The position numbers were made by a program, and so were the translations under genes. A stretch of 57,870 nt of DNA, filler included, from Sphacelaria rigidula (taxonomy: Eukaryota): NCBI GenBank assembly GCA_964200075.2. It is 9 parts of 9 records of this genome, joined end to end, with 100 filler letters (N's around TTAATTAATTAA, not from the genome) between each part and the next. Parts side by side here need not be neighbours in the genome. Positions count along the whole stretch, not along the records: positions 45,090 to 51,430 come from CAXNAA020020665.1; positions 51,531 to 57,870 come from CAXNAA020020666.1; 7 more parts are not named here. One strand, written 5' to 3'. Each line of letters starts with the position of its first letter. Within the stretch, counting starts at the first letter, position 1. A model generated the notes under the pieces. The model made no database searches, had not been told where the DNA came from, and worked only from the letters and a program-made list of their open reading frames with translations. This document shows, piece by piece, positions 47,796 through 57,870 of this stretch.

Positions 47796-50700
47796 CTATC
47801 GGAGTCCATCGCTACTAGCGGAAGTAACGGAAGGTGAAGAATCCTGGAACCAAACCAGCACGACACTAACGTTGTCGATAGACCCCTCGTCAAAGGCATG
47901 CTTGGTTAACTCCTTCGCCGCTCTTGAGAGATCAGGGTTTTCAGACAGTCGCAACCGCACGAAATTCACGGCAGCCTACCAGAATATGACGACAGGGGGT
48001 CATGAGGAACGAGACAAGGCAGCACAAAAGATAAGAACGAGCAAGCATTTGCGAAAGTGAAAGACTAGGCGGCAGCAAAATGAGCGATTGAGATATGAGC
48101 CCATGACTTGTAGAAACTCAGAACAGAGCGACGACGGCCTAGGTGTGCCCTGTCCATAACGCACGACCTTGCTCTCTCTCTCTTTGTATATCTCTGGGCG
48201 TCACAGTCGAGTACGTAGTCCGTCAAAGCGTCCGATTGTGTCCAATCTCGTAAGTCGTGGGATATGAAGAAATCAGGCGACAACAATCGAAAAGACCCAT
48301 CGTCTCATTTCGCAATATTTTCCAGAATATCTGCACATCCACGAGCACGGTCTTCCATTATCGTGCAAGCTTTATCTGGGATGTCATATCTATCAGGAAT
48401 ATCAGCGTCGGTCGGGGATGTCGATTTAGGACATTGATATATATCTGGGAAGTCGATCCAGCATATCAGACTCCTTCATGGTATCCATCTGAGATATCAA
48501 GTCCACCTGAGATATTTACTGTATCTCCATCTGAGATATGGGCTTCCACCTGGGATATGGATCTCTCAGGTGTATTGAATACCCCAGACACATACCCCAG
48601 ATGAACATGATATCCTAGACGGACATACCAGATGAAGATGGATGTCTCGGATCGACATCCACGATGGACATCGATATTGCAGATGGACATCCTAGATGGA
48701 CATTGGTATGTGAATGGACGCCTCAGACGAATATGATTGATATCCCTGGTTTATGTCCCAGATGGATACGATACCCCATATCGAGGTTTCGCAATATTGC
48801 AAGACTCCCGCCATGTGTACCACACTTCGGTGCCGTGGGCGAAGTTCAAGCTAAGGCACGCGAGGTCGGTCAATCTTCGGTTATCGCCTCGGGGATCCGA
48901 TTGACAACCCACAACCATCTCACACGCCCATCGTGCGCAAAACCTATCTGGTGGTCCCCCTCACCTGATCATCTACGATGTCCCACAGCCCATCGGTAGC
49001 CAGAATGATGAACTCTAGCCCAGACAAGGCGGCGCTTTCTGAAACAATCTCGGGAGTAGCGATCAGCCCGGATGAATGCCCCTGGTGCACATTCAGTGAT
49101 AAACGTTGACACCGGCAGCCGGGGTCCGGGGTTCGCGGAGAGCCGAGGAGATGCTCAACAGACATCGACGGCAGTCGAAGTTTTCTGGCCAATTTGATGC
49201 CATAGGGTACCCATAAATATTTGAGCACAGTATGAAAATGTCTTCACGGCCTGACGTTTCCCCCTAAACTCGCAGCGCTAGCCTTACGTTACCAGTACTG
49301 CGCTCAGATGAAGCTCTACCCTCCATAGTCACACGAAGCGTTAAGGTACGAGCCTTCATGCAAGGCGTATACAAGCATTTTGTGACTCCACCGGATACCA
49401 AAATAGCTACATAGGTTACCGCACGATAGACTGACGACGGCGCGCGACAGGCAGAGTGGACCGAGCATGGTGGTCGTGAAAGGCAAGGCGCGTGTTGTGG
49501 ACAGACCCCGTTTGGGTATTGGACAGTCGCCTGCGAAATCCGACGTGTTGCACGCCACCGCATGTGCAAGTATTGGACATGTTGTAATGCGTGAGAGGAC
49601 CGCGTGTTTCGAGGACCGCGCCGTAGTTCAAAACACCGTAGTTTCGATGTTTTTCAAAACCAATCGGGCCAGTCCCTGCAGGTACCACGCCCCTGACCAT
49701 AACCCTTACACTAAGCCTAACCCTACCCAAGGGGAAGTTCAAATTCCGATGCGGTCCTCTAAGCACGCGGTCCTCTCACGCATTACAATGTGACCTCGAA
49801 ACACGTGACTATTTTAGTGGTAGGACATTTCATGTGACCAGACCCTTAGACCGCGAGGGTAGTCTACCTGGACCATGCATACTTTTCCCAAGTTAAATTG
49901 ATGCCGATTCAACGCATGACCTACTCTCGCTGTCTAGGGATTAAAGTTGACCGCAAGGATCGTTGCCATGTTCGTTTCGGAACCTTTTTTTTTTAAGGTG
50001 GAGGACAAGCGCGACGTGAAGGTGAAAAGGGTTGGACTCTCGTGCTGTGTATATCATGGAGATGTTGCAACGATTGCGGGGGATGTGTGCTTTGCTGTGT
50101 GGATGTGCAAAATAGTTTCGTGCTCTTCACAACACAGGAGTGGCACATCCTCTTCGCCCGCCACACCGCGAGTTTTGGCCGCAGCTCGTATGCCACACAT
50201 CAGTTTTAGAACGGCTCGGATGTTCATTCCGTGCTGGATATGCAAAAGCGTTTACCCCTGAAGAGTACTGACGTGGAACTGCCCCTTTCTACCTTGTCCG
50301 TGCCGTCGAACGACTTTTTTCGGGAAAATAAAACGGCAAATAGGCAATGCGATCCTTACATACCTTGTGCTGCACGTCGCCAAACGATCTCGAGACAGCC
50401 AGAACGCGGTTGATTCTGCTGTTAGCCACGAATCCGCCGCATGCCTGTGCCCCCACGAATGAGTAAAAAAGCGGCAGCTGGTGAAAATATGGGAAATGCG
50501 TGCCGATGTAAGTGATGGCAACGGGTTGAATACGTCATTGATATGGGTTCAAACTATGAAAATACATTAGTTTTCACTTGCGCATTTTATTAACGGCAAC
50601 AAACACTACCACCTCCCGCTACCACTACCGATAAAAACAACAACAACAACAACAACAACATGTTGAACCTTACTTAAAACACAACAACTACACATTTCCT

Positions 50701-51259
50701 CTTTTTTTGGGAAGTATGGTTGATGGAACTCGAGTATAAAACCATCTCGCTGACGGCTGAAGAGAGCAGAAAGTTATTTTCACCTTCAAATACCAGCTTC
50801 ACAAGGCTGACCGCAGTCATCTCGTTCATCTGGTCGACTGAGGCATTGGTCACTAGATCGGGGGGCGACAAATACTTATCTGAACAGATACACAGCGAAA
50901 CCAGAAATCGATCGACTGATATCCCGCTCTAGTTATAGTGACCGTAGGCTGACTGTATGCACGAAACATTCCACCGGTTGTGTGCAAATCGGGGTAGAGA
51001 CGCGCAACGGGATTCCTCGATTCTTCACAACATGCGAAGCTGCACGACCGAAACGTTGGTAAGACACCAAGTTTTGGTAGCTCACCGTCACCCTCTCCCG
51101 CTCGTCTGGTCGGCTGAGTCGATGGTCGCTGGAGAGGCGAGCAGCGGTCCCAGCCCTACTTGCCACGCAACGCGAATCACCGGCATTGGCCACGAGTAGA
51201 CGACGCGTCCGTCCGTCAAATAGTACCACCAGGGCAGTCGATCCGCTACCGTCTCCCTC
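47796..51259 (-). CDS. Protein phosphatase 2C (PPM family), 3' exons 51086-51259, 50364-50444, 48965-49081, 47796-47975; 5' part beyond the contig
   Basis: PP2C motifs occur in order: GSTALVV..LLVANAGDSRCV..LSSDHR..PDERERV | GGFV..RINRVLAVSRSFGD | FIILATDGLWD | GSIDNVSVVLV. All four exons are phase 0 with canonical AG/GT. A small additional exon near 50256-50313 is possible. Confidence 0.93.
48300..48806. repeat. Intronic GATATC/CATC-rich degenerate repeat, MITE-like
   Basis: Dense gatat/atatc/gatgga motifs lie between two cgcaatatt motifs (~48311 and ~48790). Confidence 0.45.
49582..49788. mobile_element. ~200-bp inverted-repeat element with an internal telomere-like (CCCTAA-like) tract
   Basis: A perfect 25-bp IR (49582-49606 vs 49764-49788) extends imperfectly to about 38 bp. 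The interior reads ccctgaccataacccttacactaagcctaaccctaccc. Confidence 0.7.
49843..49940. mobile_element. piggyBac-like MITE (copy 2)
   Basis: cccttagaccgcgagggtag..ctactctcgctgtctaggga|ttaa. Confidence 0.65.
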
Positions 51260-51373
51260 CTACAAGCAAACAGGCAGCATCGATTTTCCACGGTTGGGTA
51301 GGAGTAAAAGGAGCGTGAGCCTGAAAAATCTGTCTCTCGAGGGGAAAAGAGGCGGTTCGAGATGGGGCGTGAG

Positions 51374-51430
51374 GGTGTACTCATGATCACGCATGCCATA
51401 GTCATGAGACCATTGACCTCGCATCCCTAC
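51374..51430 (-). mobile_element. LINE-related 3' end in a PP2C intron, cut by the contig end
   Basis: Matches the 42305-42392 end motif. Confidence 0.6.
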
Positions 51431-53997
51431 NNNNNNNNNNNNNNNNNNNNNNNNNNNNNNNNNNNNNNNNNNNNTTAATTAATTAANNNNNNNNNNNNNN
51501 NNNNNNNNNNNNNNNNNNNNNNNNNNNNNNGTGGATACCCCTTGGCCCAGCGGCCAACTTTTTCCTCCCTCTTGGGCAATCAGGCCGAAGAAATCGTGGA
51601 TCTGGTGATTCTTAGTCGTGATGATTTGTCCTACCCGTAGACTTTTTACATGTCGAGGCAACCTCTGTCCATCGCCATGTGCTTATATGACTGCCGATAA
51701 AACCCGCCCTTCACCTCTTTAAGCTCCTGCTGCCTTGACACAAGTCGAGCTTGGACAAACGGAAGCGGCAGACTCCAAGGACCCCGATGTTACGATACAT
51801 GTTGGGGGTCATGGGGTTGAAAAGACAACGCCATATGTGGCTCGCCACAGTCCAGTCCCGTTGATTTGATTCATGAGTGATGATTGATGGGAATTTTGAT
51901 CAAATGTCGTATGTTCCACGCCGCGTGCACCGCAATCTCACGTTCGGTTTAATATTGATGACATTGGGTTTCAAATCGGCCGGAAAGCTTCAGAATCTTC
52001 GTCTTTTCCGTCTTTCCCTTCGCATGAAATTCCAACAGCTTAGCCCAATTTTTTCATTGCGCGCGGACTGGACGGTCAAAGACATTTTCTGTTTATCTTC
52101 CTTCCCTGTGTATCTCACCTTGAAGATTTCCATCTTGCCAGACTGAGTACAAGTTCCTACTATGTCGTAGGCTCCGTATTTGTTGCTGCCAGAGCCGTAG
52201 ATATTGTGCCCTTTGTTTGAGTGAGGAACAAACCGGAGCGAGAAATTCTCGGGCACTCTGAGGAACACAAAGAACGACGACAGGACACGAGAGTTGAACG
52301 GAAGACGATACGGTGCGTTGGCTTCTTCCCCTAGTCGACGAGCATATGAAGAAATATAAAGGCAAAGCATATCGACACAAAACGGAATATCTTACGCTGC
52401 AAACATACGTGGCGCTTGGCGCATCTCCGTGCAGCCATGTCGCCGCCCCCTGTCATCATACTCAGAAATAAGCAATACCAGGAATCAATTTCCATGCACT
52501 CAAGACACATGAGAATCTGAAACAGAGGGTGCCCCGCGTTTTGCACAGCTCACACATATGTATGTAGTCATTCGTTAACCATCGCTGTCAAATTGCGAAG
52601 CGAACCCATACAGCCTTCCTAGCAGCGCAAACAGAACAGCCGGGGCAGCCTACAGGGTTCCTCGTGGCCAGAGGATGGTACACCGTTCAGTCTCGACATT
52701 CTTCTTCTTGGGCCCTACATATATATTTTATTTCAAACATGGGAGCGAAAATCACCAGCATGAAGGCATTGAGAAGGCCTCCACAAGCAGGTACACTAGC
52801 TACAAGAGTTATCAAACGCTCGTAGATGACTCCTGACCCTGACCTCTCCCCACTAGTGTATGTTTGTCTCCAGTCAACACCAAAACTACCGCCTTACTTT
52901 CATTTAATCCACCGCCTCTGTCCGATCTGTCTGACTCGCGGTCAACTCGGTACATATCTCTCAAAAACAGCGTGCACCCTTGCTCCAAGCTTAGCAATAT
53001 ATTGGTACTAAAACGTGAAAATAATTACACGTTCACAGATCTGGCTACGTCAGGCCACGACATGACTTAAATTCGACGCATCCCCCTTCTCCTGACTGAA
53101 GGGTAAACAGTGAGTGCAATTGCGGAAAGCATCCAGACCCAGAGTTCTCGAGGTGTCCCGAGTCTCTCATGGAGGCAGGTTATTGGTGAAGTGGCGTAAA
53201 CTTGTTTCCCGACAAGAAGAAAAGGAAGAAGACGACTCTGCTGTGCTGAGCTAGTGCTTGTCAAACTGCTCTGTAACATAACACGTAGCAAGTTGTTTGC
53301 TGCATACAATCTACAACATGAACTTATTATACTGAAAGGTCTACAGACGCCGAGCCAGACGCTACATTTACGCACCAAGTCATGTAAAATGCGGTCACAT
53401 CTTTTGTCGGCCCCTGCCCCCCCCGCCCCATCTGCGTTTTTCCCTGGCTTGACAAAATAACTGAACAGCACCCCAATTTTTCATCTTCATACCACTCCCT
53501 GACGTGACAACTTGATCGACCCCACGGGACGATAGCACAGGCCGTTACGAATCAAAGCCGGTAAAATCCATTGTTGTGTTACGTGGTGAAAATATTTGTG
53601 TCGACATTAAAAACCATGACACCATCCCAGACCATGCTTGAGGAGAATATATTGATGCCGTCCGTTTCATTGGTCCTTCTGTCAAACATGCGCACACTAG
53701 GACAGAGCGGTGTACAGTTCTGGGTGCCTGAAATATTCATTTGGTAATTTTGTAATTGCTTCATAATTGGCGATTTTCTCAGGCTTTTACGCTTGCCACC
53801 GCTCATCACTTTGGGGATCTGTATATGCTCATCTGCTCCACGTTCAGAGAAAAATTAATACGTACTCAATTTTGAGCGACCTAAGGTCTGACCGGTAATC
53901 CGGGGTACTAACATATTTCAGCTCAGATTTTTGACTCTGCTGTATTTTCGGTCAATCGAACCTGTTCCGATCGTATTGGTGAAGAAATGTATATATA

Positions 53998-55369
53998 CTT
54001 CCTCTGTCCCATAAGTAAAGTCCGTTATGGGGGAAAGATCGTATATCGCCAATGGAGTTGCCCACGACGCTATGGTTAAGTTTTTTCAAAAGCTGTTGAC
54101 ATGGTGGTACTCGTTGAACAAAAAAAAGCAGAATCGAAAATACTGAGAATTAGTGGGTCAAAAAGTGGGCATTTTGGCGGGACTTTGAGATTTTTTTTGA
54201 GAATCATATTGAGAATTTCTGCTTTTTCTGGGCAATTGAACGCCTTTTACCCCCACAACCACGATGGAGACCCCCCCCGAACGTAAGCGGGGCGTAGATG
54301 TGTCGTTGGGCCGCCGGTATGCAATGGCGGTGGAGATAGCGATAGCCATTCCCCCAGGAAATTCGAGGGTGCCCAAGGGCGATCTAGGCCCCATGGCGGA
54401 GCATTACGGCGTTGGTGCTGACTACCCCAGAAAACATTGGAAGTACAACACTAGAGCCACCTGCCCAAGATTATGGTGATCGTTGCAAACGCTAGGCCTG
54501 ACCCAAGCCACAACTTCGACGGAAAGATCGGCATCTGGCGCATTTGTGTCCTGAAAACCGCCGAGCGGTCGTCCAAGAGGAGGAAGAGGGGGGAGGAGTA
54601 CGAGTTCGACTGCACCATCGACGAACTTCTGCCTTCGATCAAGCTCAAGATGCCGTGGCTACGTTCGAAGCGCGTAATCGTCCAGCAAGACGGCGCAAGC
54701 CCCCACACGGGAAAAAACAATTCCGAGATTCTTAACTCGGCGGCGATGGGGCGGAGTTGGATGGTAGAACTAGTCACGCAGCCTGCACAGTCGCGTGACT
54801 TGAACGTCAACAACTTGGGCTTCTCCGCATATCTCAAGTCGAGGGTATGGGGGATGAATGTAAGTTCGATAGACGAGTTGGTGGAGACTATCTTCAAGCA
54901 GTACGAGGAGTACGACGGTGACACGTTGAAGCGGGTTTGGCAGAGCCTCTTTCAGGTTTACAACCAAACACTACGTGAGATGGGCGACAACGACTTTAGT
55001 GTGGAACATTCCGGGGTGAGGGTGCGGCAGAGGGCAGGAACGTTAGGAAGGGTAGTAAAATACGATAAGGATGCCTTCACGAAGGCCTGGGACTACCTAG
55101 CGGCAAGCCCTAGCGACGACGAGGGCGGGTAACATTTTTATTTCTGACACTTTTTTGCCCCTGCAAAAGGGCGCAAGTATGGCATTTTTTGGGCCGACTA
55201 CTTTTTTTTCGGACGGTCGCGTGAGCCGGGGAGTGCGTAGAAGAACTAAACAAAAACGGGGTTCAACCCAAAAAACATCAAAGATTTCAAAAAAATTATC
55301 GCCTGCGACATCGAACACGGCTAAGGGTCCGTGTGATCATAACGGATTCTACCTATGGGACAGAGGAAG
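53998..55369 (+). mobile_element. Complete but internally deleted Tc1/mariner element of the plant DD39D (Soymar/Osmar, Stowaway-related) type
   Basis: 32-bp TIRs CTTCCTCTGTCCCATAAGTAAAGTCCGTTATG match at 29/32. TA target duplications lie at 53996-53997 and 55370-55371, and a transposase remnant lies inside. Confidence 0.92.
54264..55132 (+). pseudogene. Mariner-type transposase, internally deleted and with the third catalytic Asp replaced by Asn
   Basis: KIMVIVANARP..FDGKIGIW..AERSS..VQQDGASPH..QPAQSRDLNVNNLGF matches plant-type mariner motifs (FDGKIG, QQDNA, QPPNSPDLNVLDLGF). The N-terminal ORF 54264 jumps out of frame directly into this region, and the first catalytic D block is absent. 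Confidence 0.88.
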
Positions 55370-55645
55370 TATATATTTTTAATTTTACCTACTCATTGCA
55401 CTACAGCCGAAAAACTGTGTTTCACGGCCAATAACACCCTCCTGACGAAACGTAGTATATACTCGTATCGCCGAAAAAAACACTCGACACCATCTTGGGC
55501 ACTGGAGAGGGAAGACGATCTGTTCATTTTATCAAAATCTACCGACGCTAGCACTTTCGAGTTCTATCGGAAAGTAGTCGCGAGAGAAAACCCTTCCGAA
55601 CAAAAAATAGTTTAAGCGCCCAGTACTCCAGAACATCCATCTCAC

Positions 55646-55865
55646 GTTTCAATAAGATTGTTAGTCGTGGCCAGCTTGAAGTAACCCTGGTAGTCGCCCG
55701 CAAAAACTGGCGCATCCTCCTCTATCCTGACCGACGACATTCGCACCACTTTGAAGTCGTTGGTGTAGCCGCCTTTATTGACGTCCGCGTGAGTCATACC
55801 CCAGATGCCCTGGAACATGACACGAAAATGACACGGGGAGAAATCGCGCACCAAAGAGCCATATC
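55646..55865 (-). CDS. Isolated exon-like segment, unidentified protein
   Basis: Protein-like composition (FQGIWGMTHADVNKGGYTNDFKVV..PVFAGDYQGYFKL) ends at a gtgaga donor after a pyrimidine tract. The acceptor AG is not intact. Confidence 0.35.
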
Positions 55866-56586
55866 AGAAAAATAAAAAAGCATGTACATCAGAAAGAGTG
55901 GTAAATATGCTGATTGTCAGTGGTTTAGCAAAAGCGTGATGTCGTGCTGTCCTTTTACGACCACAAGAGGTAGGGGTTGTTGCGCCCCCGTCGAAAGACG
56001 ATGAAGCCAAATTGCTGAGTGCCTCCAACTGAAGGGCGTACTCAACCGGCGTGTAATAAAAATTTACCTCCAAATACACCAGAGAAAAATCGCAAGCGTT
56101 TATTTGATGGTGCTGCTCCTAGACAACAGTCTCAATATCGTTTCTCGAGTGTCTCAGTGGCTGAACACCGATCGTATTCTCCTTTCGTAGTACGAAGTAC
56201 GTAGCATAAATGGTAAATGAAGAAGAAACGCCATAAATGCGTGGCAGAAAACGTCCAACTCGCTCGGAATCAACGAACCAGCATTATCTCCCACAAACAG
56301 TTGTAGACTCCGTCCGACTAACGACGTCAACCTACCAAGACCTGTGGGTGATGATCCAAGAGTACAATGAACGTTTCCGATGAGCCATATCGTTGGGGTG
56401 CGCGCTCGTACCTTCATGCTTTGCAACTGTTGCGTGTTGGCCATTACTGGTGCGATACAGGCAAACAATACGCAGAACTCACTGCCCATGCTTTAGGGAC
56501 AGTGCTGCCACGCCTCGAGCATGTTCTGAGACCGAATTACATGTTACATCGTCCCCACTGTGCGACTTCTTTTATTGGCTGACTAA

Positions 56587-56679
56587 CCGATTGACCGCGA
56601 GGGTAGGTCATCTGGGTCATGCATTAATATTTCAAGTTAAATTACACCGATTCAAAAGATGACCCGGCCGGGCAAAGGG
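56587..56679. mobile_element. piggyBac-like MITE (copy 3, more diverged)
   Basis: ctaa|ccgattgaccgcgagggtaggtcatc..catgca..caagttaaatt..ccgattcaa..atgacc..aaaggg|tcaa. Confidence 0.55.
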
Positions 56680-57870
56680 TCAACAGTGGTGCACAATACA
56701 AAAACAGTCAGTGTCGTCATCGCGTTCCACTCCACACGGGATACGTGTTTTCAACAAGAGAGAGCGAGCCGGTCGCAACGACTGCGCAGATGGCTAAAAA
56801 GTACACCTTTTATTGTTCGAGTGCTGAATGGCACGGTTCACCGGCTATTGCGCAAATAAATGATGAAATACAATTTCACCGCCAAGCGGACGACGGCGCG
56901 CTTTATAGGCGAACACTGTAGAGATCATTGAATCCATCGAAACCATCCACAGGTCGGACAGCTCATGATCTACCCAAAGTAACCAATCGAAGGGGACTCT
57001 CAGACCCCTCATCCAAAAACACGGACTGCTTGACAGCAGGGTCGTACAAGCCAAAGCACTACCTCTGAGGAACTTCGCGTGCTCGGTGTCCAGCGCTGTA
57101 GGGAGCAAATATGGAAAAAGCGACCAAATGAGCTAGCTCGTGATCCGGATCAGTACCCTAACAAGAAGAAAAATTTAGGTAGCTCATGAGCTGTCCGGCT
57201 TGTGAAACCATCAAGATAGCCAATTCACTTCTTTCAGGCTTGTTGCCCGAGTCAGGAGTCCCGGGGGAAACGCTCACGGTTGATCTGAGGACCGTTGTAC
57301 GATGACCTGAGAACTTGCACCCTTTCCTCTAGAAAGAACTACCTCCCCCTTCCCCACGGGGAGGCCTGGACTGTCAGCCGGCAATACCGCTTTTTTCCAA
57401 GCCGAAACTGGCGGTTAAAAGGTCAAGATGCTTACATGGAACATCGGGCATCGACTTGTCGCGATGTGGTCACCGTTCGCTGTTTCAAACTTCGTCTCAT
57501 GACAAGCCCAAACATATTCGAGGCAACACATGATCTAAATCCACCCTTTGCTACTTTCCCCACAATCACTACATCGTTGTACCGCGCTGACTACTGTGTC
57601 GTGCCAGTTTGTTGTACGAGCTATTATAGAGCAGCAGTAAATCCTGCATTCGCTTTTCACGTCACAACTTCTTAAGTTTCTCAGCGCAACTTGAGCATAT
57701 CGATGTGAACTGCAGACCAACGTGGTAACCCACGGCACCGCCGCTGAACAAAAAAAAAAGGGGAATAATGTGATTGACACTCTATATGACCCGACCCGCT
57801 TACTCATAACCCGGGCACGTCAACCGGACCGTCTCCCCGGGCCCGTCGGCCCAGGGACCGTCATCCTCCA

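Noticed and set aside
51540..52150. Possible tyrosine recombinase or other TE gene on the minus strand
   Set aside because: No catalytic R-H-R-Y motifs were identifiable, and stops occur in all frames.
53998..55369. Fanzor/TnpB cargo in the mariner element or elsewhere
   Set aside because: I saw no RuvC DPG, zinc-ribbon or DxNA motifs, and the element is fully accounted for by transposase remnants.

Overview
This is not a prokaryotic locus. It is a concatenation of nine unrelated eukaryotic contigs of about 6.34 kb each (1-6342, 6443-12784, 12885-19225, 19326-25666, 25767-32107, 32208-38548, 38649-44989, 45090-51430, 51531-57870), joined by artificial 100-nt N..TTAATTAATTAA..N linkers. GT-AG spliced genes and the transposable-element content suggest a repeat-rich stramenopile, probably a brown alga (inference, not verified). 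Most ORF-track entries are spurious. Supported content: three degraded Ty3/Gypsy gag-pol regions; LINE 3' remnants; an intron-rich Mutator (MULE) transposase pseudogene that I reassembled from six exons; a complete TIR-to-TIR, internally deleted plant-type mariner element with Stowaway-like ends; an abundant AACA-terminated TIR family sitting at many contig ends; piggyBac-like ~100-bp MITEs; several foldback palindromes and minisatellites; and the 3' parts of two convergent host genes (an EF-hand protein and a PP2C phosphatase). I found no CRISPR array, RNA gene or Fanzor/TnpB, and no clearly novel multi-gene system. Adjacency across the linkers carries no biological meaning.
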